64,000 bases of DNA from Candidatus Hermodarchaeota archaeon. Its GTDB lineage: Archaea; Asgardarchaeota; Thorarchaeia; Thorarchaeales; Thorarchaeaceae. Below the pieces are notes generated by a model. It saw nothing but the letters and a program-made list of their open reading frames with translations. It did no database searches and was not told where the DNA came from. The DNA lies in the NCBI GenBank assembly GCA_048885865.1, contig JBHLLF010000003.1:32001-96000 (forward strand), in the 5' to 3' direction. The stretch's first letter is position 1; each line of letters opens with the position of its first letter. Positions 38,974-48,162 of the stretch are shown here, piece by piece. The position numbers and the translations under genes were made by a program.

Positions 38974-40116
38974 CTAATACAGACGGGTATTGTATATCGC
39001 AGTTGCAAGCGATTTGGAACCATACATGACCTCAACACGAATACTTGCCTTACCTTTTTCATCCGTCATTGGCGTGAGCTGCGATTCAATATGTCGTTCA
39101 GAGTTGGGGCCAATTTCATGCTTTTCATTTGTGACCTCAGACACTCCTTCAGGCGTGATTAATGTGACTATAAGACGGATTCCTATTACAGCTCGACTTG
39201 GATTCTTCACTCTCAAATCATACATGAATGGTCTTCCGGCGATCAGAGCGTCAGGGACTTCACCAAGCTCAACACTCATTCCCATCTTTGATGCTGCAAG
39301 CGGACGACCCTTAGGCCATCTTGAAATTTTGCTGAGCTCAAGCAACCGTGAGAGTGATGTCTTTACATCTCTAATCTCCAGTCCAAGCTGAACTGCAGAC
39401 TCCCCGATGTCAAATGTCCCGTCATTTGCCTCATAGTAGGCAAGAACTCTTCGATCAGATTCAATGAGGTCACTTACTCCTTCAAGGATTTGAAGGATAG
39501 CTTCCGGTAATTCGTGTGCCTCCTGAAGAGAATAGTATCGCCCTCCATCTACCGAATCTGCTATGCTTTTGAATGACTCTCTTACAAGAGGATTGCAGCC
39601 ACAAACGAAAATGAATACAGTTTCCCCGTATCGGCTCTTGAGGGATTGCACTTCCCTCTGAGAGTCATGGCCTTTGGGGCACCCGTCTGGAAAGTAATCA
39701 TCGCTGAGGTTGTTGTACTTTCTGCCATGGGGTGGTGCATCACCGACAAGTAGCAACGCCTTGTAGGCATGTTCATCCCATGAGAGCTTTGTCCTAGCAT
39801 CAAACAATCCGTCAGCAACAGCTTCAGGTGTATCTCCACCCTGAGAAGGATTAAGATTCGATATCTCCCTATGTACGTTCTTGATACGATCCGAAAAATC
39901 GAAAATCCGTGTCACGTAGGAGTGATCCTGAGGCGGATGATCACGGTATGAAACTATTGCGAATCGTATACTCAAATCCCTGGTTCGTGTAGTAATTTTG
40001 TCGACAATGTCAAACAAGCTGTCCTTCACTGCACGAATGTCATCTTTCATTGAACCGGTCGTATCGACCACAAAGGCAACGTCAAGTTTGGCTCGCTGCA
40101 GCCCAATCCACTCCAT
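38974..40116 (-). CDS. vWA (DTTGS/GDAPPH subtype) + HTH + C-terminal beta-sandwich protein
   Basis: LDVAFVVDTTGSM, SYRDHPPQD, GGDTPEAV, VGDAPPHG; then SAVQLGLEIRDVKTSLSRL (HTH-like) and an Ig-like end. Confidence 0.85.
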   Translation of the reverse strand: MEWIGLQRAKLDVAFVVDTTGSMKDDIRAVKDSLFDIVDKITTRTRDLSIRFAIVSYRDHPPQDHSYVTRIFDFSDRIKNVHREISNLNPSQGGDTPEAVADGLFDARTKLSWDEHAYKALLLVGDAPPHGRKYNNLSDDYFPDGCPKGHDSQREVQSLKSRYGETVFIFVCGCNPLVRESFKSIADSVDGGRYYSLQEAHELPEAILQILEGVSDLIESDRRVLAYYEANDGTFDIGESAVQLGLEIRDVKTSLSRLLELSKISRWPKGRPLAASKMGMSVELGEVPDALIAGRPFMYDLRVKNPSRAVIGIRLIVTLITPEGVSEVTNEKHEIGPNSERHIESQLTPMTDEKGKASIRVEVMYGSKSLATAIYNTRLY

Positions 40117-40212
40117 TTGAACCTAGAATATGCCACAATTAAGCCTTTGCTGAGGGAGCAGACGTAGGAGATTTTAGTAGCTTGATTCAATTTAGTGACA
40201 ATGGTGTTTCAG

Positions 40213-40590
40213 ATGAGTGAGAGCGACCTGCCATTGGATGTGGAGTTTGAAGGAGAATTTGTTCTGAGTGCAGTTTTACAAAGAGTAATGGCGCCCCTCA
40301 TTATCGAGGACATCAAATCAAAATTGCCGCTCGAAGGCAGAGCTGCGCTGATGCGTGATGAGATGCAAATAACGCTCGGCATAGGAAGAGGCAACATAAA
40401 ACCAACTAAGGAAGTAAAACGGGGAGACATAGCATACATGCCCTTGGGCGATAATCTCTGTATCTATATTTCTGAGAAAACCACATTCAGCCCGGTCACA
40501 GTCATCGGGCATGTAGAATCAGATGGGGAAAAGTTGAATCAGCTTAAGAGCATAAGACGTGGAAGCATGGCCTTGCTCAGAGCAAAGTGA
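40213..40590 (+). CDS. Cyclophilin-like fold protein (TM1367/DUF369)
   Basis: AP..I...LPLEG, EVKRGDIAYMPLGDNLCIY, SPVTVIG. Confidence 0.8.
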   Translation: MSESDLPLDVEFEGEFVLSAVLQRVMAPLIIEDIKSKLPLEGRAALMRDEMQITLGIGRGNIKPTKEVKRGDIAYMPLGDNLCIYISEKTTFSPVTVIGHVESDGEKLNQLKSIRRGSMALLRAK

Positions 40591-40597
40591 TGTAGCT

Positions 40598-41152
40598 CTA
40601 TAGACTCTGCTGAAGGTTCCGTAAAAGCAGCTCATTCTCATCAGGTTCTACTACGGTGGGATCTACAACTATGCCAGATTCATGGGCTTCAATAACCACA
40701 TCAATTCCAGATTGACTAACCTTTTTTATCCCTGAATGGGAGAGAGCTCTCACTCTCAATTGGGTCGTGTCGAACTCGGTCCTATCTGCGGATTCGACCG
40801 CCTTGACGTCTCTGCGCAGTTTTGTCTTTGCTATTCGAAGCTGCTCCTTCAACTGGACCAGTTGGAGCTGAAGGTCAATTCGCTCACGATCTGCCGCCTC
40901 GAATTTTGCTAGAACCTCATCATGCTGAGCCTTTGAAACCAGATTTCGGGTTTGATCAATCCAAGTGATGGTAGTGCCATCAAACCGACGTTTCGTTGAT
41001 ACTTGTCCTAGAGCTTTTAGAACAGCTATTACATCATAGATTCGCCGTTTGGGAGTATTGAGTTGCTCAGCTAATACATCGCTCCTAATCCCTTCCTCCC
41101 CATGTTCCTTTAGTATTCTAAGAGCAGTTTTTGCCAAATCTACTAGCTTCAA
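40598..41152 (-). CDS. E2F/DP-like winged-helix transcription factor with coiled coil
   Basis: LAEQLNTPKRRIYDVIAVLKALGQV...ITW matches the E2F/DP RRxYD recognition helix. A heptad repeat and a beta-rich tail follow. TTG start after GGGGTG. Confidence 0.8.
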   Translation of the reverse strand: MKLVDLAKTALRILKEHGEEGIRSDVLAEQLNTPKRRIYDVIAVLKALGQVSTKRRFDGTTITWIDQTRNLVSKAQHDEVLAKFEAADRERIDLQLQLVQLKEQLRIAKTKLRRDVKAVESADRTEFDTTQLRVRALSHSGIKKVSQSGIDVVIEAHESGIVVDPTVVEPDENELLLRNLQQSL

Positions 41153-41222
41153 AGTCGCACCCCACTGACAAGCCGGCTAGAGTTTCCACATAGCACTCTT
41201 CCACTATAGGAATCATTGACTC

Positions 41223-41230
41223 TATTTAAA
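41223..41230 (-). promoter_or_regulatory. TATA box of E2F-like gene
   Basis: TTTAAATA on the minus strand ~70 nt upstream of the start codon. Confidence 0.55.
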
Positions 41231-41406
41231 GGTAGGTGTTATGTCTCGATTTTCCGAAATTATTCACTGATAACCATAATTATCATTATTGGAATGATTT
41301 CTCGAAAAATCGAGAGTGTTTTGATGAGGGTATCCACCGTTAATTACTTAACACGCACCTCTGGCTAATTCAAACGTTTCTGACAAGTTTCAACGGAGAG
41401 ATTCCA

Positions 41407-42735
41407 ATGACCAGAAAGAAAGTAATAATCATGGGCGCAGCTGGCCGTGATTTCCATAACTTCAACGTATTCTTTCGTGACAATGAGGACTATGAGGTTG
41501 TTGCATTCACAGCTGAGCAGATACCGGGCATTGAGGATAGACTGTATCCTCCAGAATTATCCGGGGACCTTTATCCTGATGGTATCAAGATTTACCCCGA
41601 AGAAATGCTGCCCGAATTGGTTGAGAAGTTTGAGGCGGAACAATGTATTCTGGCATATTCTGACCTATCCTATGACACAGTGGGACACAAGATTGCATGG
41701 GTGAACAGTATCGGTGCAGACATCAGACTCATGGGTACCAACTCAACGATGCTGAAGAGCAAGAAACCAGTCGTTGCGGTCTGCGCTGTTAGAACTGGAT
41801 GTGGAAAAAGCCAGACCTCTCGGCGAGTGAATCAAATTCTGGTTGATATGGGCCTCAAGCCTGTTAACATTCGTCATCCGATGCCATATGATCCTGATCT
41901 CACAACTCAGATAGCACAGCGCTATGAGGTTCTAGAGGATTTGGATAAATACAACTGCACAATTGAAGAACGTGAAGAATATGAACCCATGATCAACATG
42001 GGAGTGATACTCTATGCTGGCATTGACTATGGCAAGATATTGAGGCAGGCTGAGGAAGAAGCTGATGTGATTACGTGGGATGGAGGCAACAATGACTTTG
42101 CGTTCTATCGTCCTGATTTATACATCGTAATCACCGACCCACACAGACCGGGACATGAGGTGTCCTATTACCCAGGTGAAACCAACCTTAGGATGGCTGA
42201 TGTTGTGATCATTAACAAGGTCGACACCGCCGACTATGACTTTGTTGAAGAGGTCAGAGATAACATCATGCGCGTCAATCCGAATGCAATCATCATTGAG
42301 GCCGCCTCGCCTGTCGCTATAGAGGACATGAGCATCATTCGCGGAAAACGAGTACTTGTTGTTGAGGATGGGCCAACTGTCACTCATGGTGGCATGCCTT
42401 ATGGTGCCGGATACATTGCAGCGAGGAAAGCAGGAGCAGAGATTGTGGACCCAAGGCCTTTTGCCGTTGGCTCAATTGAGGACACATTTGAAAAGTACTA
42501 TCATCTTGAAGACGTCCTACCAGCAATGGGATATGGCAAAGCCCAGATGAAAGAGCTCGAAGATACAATCAATAAAGCAGACGTCGATGCGGTTGTGATT
42601 GGCACTCCAATTGACCTCGGGCGACTTATCAAAATTAACAAACCGAGTGTCAGGATCAGATATGACCTACAGGAGATTGGCCGGCCAAATCTCGAAGACA
42701 TTCTCTCGGAGTTTGCTGAGAAGAAAGGCTTGTAG
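41407..42735 (+). CDS. Arginine synthetase (ArcE)-like P-loop enzyme (often annotated GTPase / cDPG synthetase-like)
   Basis: GAAGRDFHNFN, AVRTGCGKSQ, IRHPMPY, TIEEREEYE, WDGGNND, EDGPTVTHGGM. Confidence 0.75.
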   Translation: MTRKKVIIMGAAGRDFHNFNVFFRDNEDYEVVAFTAEQIPGIEDRLYPPELSGDLYPDGIKIYPEEMLPELVEKFEAEQCILAYSDLSYDTVGHKIAWVNSIGADIRLMGTNSTMLKSKKPVVAVCAVRTGCGKSQTSRRVNQILVDMGLKPVNIRHPMPYDPDLTTQIAQRYEVLEDLDKYNCTIEEREEYEPMINMGVILYAGIDYGKILRQAEEEADVITWDGGNNDFAFYRPDLYIVITDPHRPGHEVSYYPGETNLRMADVVIINKVDTADYDFVEEVRDNIMRVNPNAIIIEAASPVAIEDMSIIRGKRVLVVEDGPTVTHGGMPYGAGYIAARKAGAEIVDPRPFAVGSIEDTFEKYYHLEDVLPAMGYGKAQMKELEDTINKADVDAVVIGTPIDLGRLIKINKPSVRIRYDLQEIGRPNLEDILSEFAEKKGL

Positions 42736-42749
42736 AAATAGGAAAGGGC

Positions 42750-42769
42750 ACCCGGGATTGCTCCCGGGT
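42750..42769. terminator. 8-bp hairpin between convergent genes
   Basis: ACCCGGGA-TTGC-TCCCGGGT; on the minus strand a GCAA loop and a pyrimidine tail. Confidence 0.65.
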
Positions 42770-42779
42770 ATAAGTCTCT

Positions 42780-43709
42780 CTACCAGTATTCCTGCTTAGT
42801 CTGAACAGTTCTTGCCGCCAAGTCTTTGTAAAGAACACCTTGGTATATGTAAGTAAGAGGCGTTATAAGCAGCATACTTGCAAAAGGAGCAATAAGCGAC
42901 GTGAGGAGGGATCCCAGCAACAGAACAAGACCTAGCTCGATTACTATCGTAATAACAATCATGATGATATGAAATAGAATGATACCTCCTAGAGTATGTA
43001 GGAAGTTGCTCCTCGTGATACTGAAGGTCCTGCTAATTGAGCTTCCTGCACCCAAGTCTTCTGCCATGACTACAGCTGTGTTGGGATAGAAGAATGTCAC
43101 CACTACTATATAGACAATAGCCAATACCAGAAGCGTGCTTGATGCCTGTGTCATCGCATCGAGGTCCATGACCATCATCGCATCAAGAATCGACACTAGC
43201 GATTCTTGAATCGGTACCATGATTACTGCATATATTGAACCAATGATCAACGCGACGACTAGTAGAGTAGGGAATCTCTCAAGGGCAGAACCGAACGCAG
43301 AACCCATCGAAGAGTCCTGTCCAGTGTAGGTTCGAAGTGCTATGCTAATTGCTGCACCAAGTGCGAGCAAATTTAGAACGAAGCCAATCAGCATCAAGAC
43401 ACCACCCACCCCCACATACGGGACATAAGCGCCAGCAGGAATTGACTCGCTCTGGAGTAGGTATGCGCCATAAATGAAAGAAACGGGTTCAGAGCCTAGA
43501 TATCCAATGTATAGGAGCATCTCTTCTCCGAAGACCAGGTATATTATTGCGCTGTAAATGAAACTGTAGATAACAGGAACCATCATGATGCCTATGTAGG
43601 CAGAGATTCTTTTCCCGAACAGGCTTAGTACAGTGGAAATCTGAGTACTCAATCCAATTGCATACTGGTCGTCAACGTAAGTCGGTTTCTCTTCTTCCTC
43701 GAATGCCAA
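42780..43709 (-). CDS. Polytopic membrane protein of unknown function
   Basis: About 6 TMs; ..SISRTFSITRSNF.. and LYKDL pattern typical of GDPD-membrane-domain-like proteins. Confidence 0.7.
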   Translation of the reverse strand: MAFEEEEKPTYVDDQYAIGLSTQISTVLSLFGKRISAYIGIMMVPVIYSFIYSAIIYLVFGEEMLLYIGYLGSEPVSFIYGAYLLQSESIPAGAYVPYVGVGGVLMLIGFVLNLLALGAAISIALRTYTGQDSSMGSAFGSALERFPTLLVVALIIGSIYAVIMVPIQESLVSILDAMMVMDLDAMTQASSTLLVLAIVYIVVVTFFYPNTAVVMAEDLGAGSSISRTFSITRSNFLHTLGGIILFHIIMIVITIVIELGLVLLLGSLLTSLIAPFASMLLITPLTYIYQGVLYKDLAARTVQTKQEYW

Positions 43710-43767
43710 TTAGCCCACCTGTGTGGCGATGCGCTTTCTGCGCCTTATAATATCTCCGGACTTGACT

Positions 43768-45363
43768 CTAGGCTGGTTTCGGACGAGCATCAAGTATCTC
43801 CATGAATTTCATTCCACCAGCCCGTTCTAGCAATTCCTCAAAGGATACGATGAATATGTCGGGGGTTACTTCTGTGCTGATTTTCGTTAGCCTCTGAATC
43901 TCGAGGATGAGAGATTCATTGTTGCCTCCCGGTCCATCTTTTGGGGCCACATAGAGGTTGAGCACATCCATACTATATGGATCACTCATATCTTCTTTGG
44001 CTACCTCGATCTGTATCTCCTCAATTTCTGAAATCTTCAACAAATCGGCCCTCAAAGCAGTGAGATTAACTGTTGCGCCTTTGATCTTCTTCTCGGCAAG
44101 ACCCATCACCTCAATCTGAGCCTGTGCATCGTTGGTACGACCTATGTCCCAGAAGAAGGGGCCATCGATTCCGCAACATGGACATTTTCCTCGCTCATGC
44201 TTGGACGCCACGTCTCCCAATAGGAAGCCTTCAAAGACTGTTCCAGTGCTGTCTAGATGAAAGAGCAATGTATGACCCGGTTCACCCTCTCCAACAAACT
44301 CATAGCTTCCATCATCATTCAGCCTAACGAATTCCCATGACATCATAAGCGGAGACAAGTTATGATAAGGCCCATCGTATTCGCATTGAACTGCAAAGGA
44401 GACCTTGCTCTCTGATGATGCATAGCCCCCAATGATTCTGACTTCCTTTGCTCCCTTCTCAGTCAAAATCTGTGTGATATCATCAGCAACTCGGGGGTAG
44501 ATTTTCTCTCCTGCAAGCAATACAACTACTTTCTCAGGAGCCTCATAGTCGGCATCTTCCTTCATAGCCCGGAAGAACCTGTTTCTGAGAAAGCTAGGCA
44601 TCCCAGTAAAAGCGTTTGATTTGAAGGACTTTGCAAGCTCCACAAGCTTTTCACTTGGTATCGCTCCACCTGCGCTTGTGGCATTATAGAATTTACTAAT
44701 CTGCTTGAGACCCTCATTGACAGCATGCCAGCCCAGATGTGGAGCATACGGAAACAGATTCATGCTAGAAGCCTCCCACCCGCTTTCAACAAAGGTATCA
44801 ATAGCAAGTTGACCACACTTCGCACTATTGCTGGATAGCAGTTCATTGTCATAGCGGGTCAGAAACACTGGCGATGGCAACCCTGATGCCCTTCCGGAAC
44901 TCAACCAGTATTGAAGTGGAGAATAGGTATACGTCAATCTCTCCTTAATTCGATCCATCGCCGCTGAAGCTCCAATCTTCAGCTTCACGCGTGCCCCATT
45001 GTTGCGCAAGAACCTGTACTGATGCTTGTTCCCTGTATCCTTAGAAAAATCCATCAAATTTCGAACAATCTCCGCAGGATCTCGATCTTTGCCATCGACC
45101 TCAGACGGATTCAGCACGAATTGTGTAAGGTTATCTTTGTAATCGACCTTCCTCACAAGCGGAATCTGATATTTCGCCCAATCTTCGATGCAGGTGATAT
45201 TGTAAGGATCAATATTGTTCTCTTTGAACAGTCGCCTGTAATAGGGATGGTTGGGCCATATCTGATATCGAATGAACGCCCGAAATTTCCGGTCCTGCAT
45301 TTGCTTAATTTCACGGTGGTTAGTTCTCTTTAGCTCCTCAAATGTTAGAGTAGTCTTTGTCAT
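43768..45363 (-). CDS. Phenylacetate--CoA ligase (PaaK)-like adenylate-forming enzyme
   Basis: HPYYRRLF, LSSGRASGLP (P-loop), AGE, GYASSE, GD, IGR..D..KIKG. Confidence 0.75.
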   Translation of the reverse strand: MTKTTLTFEELKRTNHREIKQMQDRKFRAFIRYQIWPNHPYYRRLFKENNIDPYNITCIEDWAKYQIPLVRKVDYKDNLTQFVLNPSEVDGKDRDPAEIVRNLMDFSKDTGNKHQYRFLRNNGARVKLKIGASAAMDRIKERLTYTYSPLQYWLSSGRASGLPSPVFLTRYDNELLSSNSAKCGQLAIDTFVESGWEASSMNLFPYAPHLGWHAVNEGLKQISKFYNATSAGGAIPSEKLVELAKSFKSNAFTGMPSFLRNRFFRAMKEDADYEAPEKVVVLLAGEKIYPRVADDITQILTEKGAKEVRIIGGYASSESKVSFAVQCEYDGPYHNLSPLMMSWEFVRLNDDGSYEFVGEGEPGHTLLFHLDSTGTVFEGFLLGDVASKHERGKCPCCGIDGPFFWDIGRTNDAQAQIEVMGLAEKKIKGATVNLTALRADLLKISEIEEIQIEVAKEDMSDPYSMDVLNLYVAPKDGPGGNNESLILEIQRLTKISTEVTPDIFIVSFEELLERAGGMKFMEILDARPKPA

Positions 45364-45545
45364 GAAACAACCTCTGGTTTAGAGCTTACGGGAGGCGGGT
45401 CTTCTTGTCCATTAGATAAAAGTTCCGAGTTGTCGTTTAATAGAGTAATACACCCACTGAATAAGGGAACAAAGGAGAAACCCATAATAGTGCGGGCTTC
45501 TTCATTCAATCAGCCCAAACCCTAAGGTCAAGGAGTGTTCAAGCA

Positions 45546-45977
45546 TTGTCTGAATCCGATGAGAAACTTCAGAGAGGAATTATAGAACTGGAGAAGGGGA
45601 ACCATAAGAAAGCATTCGGCGTATTCAAAGATGTCTTCGAAGACAGGAAAGAAAGATTCTTGCAAAGAGTCCAGGACAACCCTAAGTCACCAACTCTAAT
45701 GCTTGAAGCCCTGCATATGATTCATGCTCTTGTTTGGCTTAGAGTTGCAGAAGCTGGAATGGATAAGCATAACGCAATGGAACTCTACGGGAAAGCCGTT
45801 GGTACAGTTGAAGCGGCTAGAACCGCACTTGGACCACTTGTAGGCGGCCTCGCTCAATGGGCAAAGGAGCAAAACATCAAAGTCGTATACAATAAAGCAC
45901 GGGGCCTCTTGGCAGCGACTACGGATCTTGAAGAGATGGCAAAGAAAGAACTTGAAGCATTTCGAAGGATGAAATAG
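45546..45977 (+). CDS. Hypothetical TPR-like helical protein
   Basis: LQRGIIELEKGNHKKAFGVF resembles a TPR unit; GGAG SD. Confidence 0.6.
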   Translation: MSESDEKLQRGIIELEKGNHKKAFGVFKDVFEDRKERFLQRVQDNPKSPTLMLEALHMIHALVWLRVAEAGMDKHNAMELYGKAVGTVEAARTALGPLVGGLAQWAKEQNIKVVYNKARGLLAATTDLEEMAKKELEAFRRMK

Positions 45978-46074
45978 ACTGCTTCAATGATCCTCTATGA
46001 GGGCTGTTTGATAGAAATGTTGAGTTTGGGAATACAGGAAGTCCTATCATTGGAGAAAGAGGAGGGAGTGTGTA

Positions 46075-46323
46075 CTGATTACTGCTTTTGTTAGTATGTC
46101 AGTTTCACCAGGTGAAGATGAGAGAATCGTCAGGGAACTAGTGAAGGACAGGATTATCGAAGAGGCATGGCTAACAACAGGAGAATACGATGTGCTCCTA
46201 GTAATCAGGGGGGAAGACACAGAGGAGATTAATCATTACGTCAATGAAAGAATTCGTGGAACTGAAGGGGTCATACGGACAGTAGTCACTTTTGGCATTC
46301 AGTCTATCACTCATGGCGATTAG
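46075..46323 (+). CDS. Stand-alone Lrp/AsnC ligand-binding (RAM) domain protein
   Basis: TTGEYDVLL, IRGTEGVIRT. An in-frame CTG at 46075 gives the typical N-terminus MITAFV. Confidence 0.8.
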   Translation: MITAFVSMSVSPGEDERIVRELVKDRIIEEAWLTTGEYDVLLVIRGEDTEEINHYVNERIRGTEGVIRTVVTFGIQSITHGD

Positions 46324-46662
46324 CTAAAGATCTCTCATATGCTCCGACCATTTATCAGCAGGAAAGCGGTCTTTCATGATCTCAAGCTCAGAAAGGATGC
46401 TCTTCTCAAGGTCCACATCAAAAAAGTTGGCAAGCTGTATGAAGAGGGCCAAAACTTGAGCGAATTCGCGGGATAGCTCATCTCGAGATGGTGCATCGTG
46501 ACCTAGTCCAATAACCTTGTACCCCTCCTCAACGGTGATATGGCGTGATATTTCTCCGAGTTCTTCGATGAGATGGGCAAAGACAAGAGATGGATTGAAT
46601 TTGTCCCATCCTCTCTCCTTCTCAAATTCCGATGTTATCCTTTGAATCTCGCTAAGGTCCAT
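46324..46662 (-). CDS. MazG-like NTP pyrophosphohydrolase
   Basis: ERGWD, HLIEELGEI, EFAQV..LAN..DVDL. Confidence 0.85.
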   Translation of the reverse strand: MDLSEIQRITSEFEKERGWDKFNPSLVFAHLIEELGEISRHITVEEGYKVIGLGHDAPSRDELSREFAQVLALFIQLANFFDVDLEKSILSELEIMKDRFPADKWSEHMRDL

Positions 46663-47331
46663 CTATGTCATCCTCCTGGTTATTTGCATTACCTGAGCTC
46701 GTGCTTGATCCATTGCTTGAATTGAGGGATTGTCGAGGGGCCCAAGCACTGCATTATCAGATAGTGGCTCTTCACCTAGAAACATCGCCTCACTCACCAC
46801 GCCAATCATATCAGCCGGGGGAAGAATAGCACATGCCAACTTCATCCCAGGTTTAACCTTAGCTATATTCGTTACAATAGTCCAAATGCGGCTGCCATCT
46901 GTACATCGACACTCTGTGAGATTGGAGGAGCCCTCCACCGCTCTTGTCTGGCTGATTTCTACAGCTAGAATGTCAATTGCACGAGCAGGGTCATCATCAG
47001 CCCTCAGTAGTCGCTGTTCGAACCCCTCCACAATGGAAAGAGAGTATCGTGTTTCTGTGAAAGCTATCTTTTCTTTCACGGACTGTGGCTTGTATGCTTG
47101 TGATTTTGCTGCATTTCTGAACAAATCTGCAAATTCAGCAATTGCACTGACAAGGTTCCTTGTCGCATCAAGTTCAGCCAAGGTCTTCGCATCAACATAG
47201 GAGTACTTCACTTCATACAGCAAAGTTCCCGCAGTTTTCAATGTGTTCGCCAGTTTTGAGTACTCAATGTGCATTCTTAGTTTCCGGTTGCCGACAATTT
47301 CGTTCAGACGCCTCAATGCATCCTCAAGCAC
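46663..47331 (-). CDS. Archaeal tRNA-binding OB-fold protein
   Basis: Helical N-terminal domain, then TIVTN..LPP..GVVSEAMFL. Confidence 0.78.
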   Translation of the reverse strand: MLEDALRRLNEIVGNRKLRMHIEYSKLANTLKTAGTLLYEVKYSYVDAKTLAELDATRNLVSAIAEFADLFRNAAKSQAYKPQSVKEKIAFTETRYSLSIVEGFEQRLLRADDDPARAIDILAVEISQTRAVEGSSNLTECRCTDGSRIWTIVTNIAKVKPGMKLACAILPPADMIGVVSEAMFLGEEPLSDNAVLGPLDNPSIQAMDQARAQVMQITRRMT

Positions 47332-47499
47332 CAGAACTCTCGCATCCTTTGCAGTGTCCAGAGCGGTTCACCAAGAAGAGACGTGTATGTGGCCTTGATA
47401 AAGGCCGCGCCTCATTGGTTTAGGAGACCACGAATAGTGATATAAGACTAGATTGGTTACGCGTTCATACTAAAGACATACGCCATATGAGGTGCTTGA

Positions 47500-48117
47500 A
47501 TGATCCAAGCGTTGTTTATAATCGCTGAGAGCGGGCTTTGCCTGATCAGTAAGACATACGGCGCAGCTGAAGATGGAGGAATAGATGACAACTTAGTGGG
47601 AGGTTTCCTTCAGGCTGTTGGATCATTTGGAGAAGAGCTCCGTGGTGGGGGAGTCCTTGAAGATATGAGTTTCAAGGGGTTCAAGATTGTCCTGTCAAGG
47701 CATCCGGGATTTATGGTGGCAGGAATGATTGACCAGATTGATGATAGGATATCAGCAAAAGCGGTCCTGTCAGATGTTGGAAATGAGTTTCTTGAAGGCT
47801 ATAAGGATATAATAGCTGAATTTGATGGAAGCTTGGACCATTTTGAGGGATTTTATCCGAGAATCGATGAGTTAACAAAGCTAGGGAAAGCTGCCGAAAA
47901 GCGCGTCATCGTGCCAGTTCTTAAGGGTAAAGTTTCTCCGATGCTTGTTAGACTTGGTCAGATGACCCAGATTGTATTTGATGTTGCCAAGAAATGTCAA
48001 GGCAAATTAACCACCAATGACATTGCATATGAGCTCAAGTTGTCGCTCAAAGAGGTTGTGAAGTCATTGCATACTCTAGAAGATATGGATATGCTGGAGT
48101 GGAAGGAAATAGGCTAG
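47500..48117 (+). CDS. Longin-domain + C-terminal winged helix protein (NPRL2-like architecture)
   Basis: LFII.ESGLCL..,DDNLVGGFLQAVGSF (longin), then VPVL..KCQGKLTTNDIAYELKLSLKEVVKSL. Confidence 0.72.
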   Translation: MIQALFIIAESGLCLISKTYGAAEDGGIDDNLVGGFLQAVGSFGEELRGGGVLEDMSFKGFKIVLSRHPGFMVAGMIDQIDDRISAKAVLSDVGNEFLEGYKDIIAEFDGSLDHFEGFYPRIDELTKLGKAAEKRVIVPVLKGKVSPMLVRLGQMTQIVFDVAKKCQGKLTTNDIAYELKLSLKEVVKSLHTLEDMDMLEWKEIG

Positions 48118-48162
48118 CACCTCTGAATTGATTCTGATGCGTCTAATTATATGGCTGTAGAT

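Noticed and set aside
37830-39062. ORF-track start at 39062
   Set aside because: It overlaps the upstream vWA gene by 89 bp. The TTG at 38957 has an SD and matches the paralog N-terminus.
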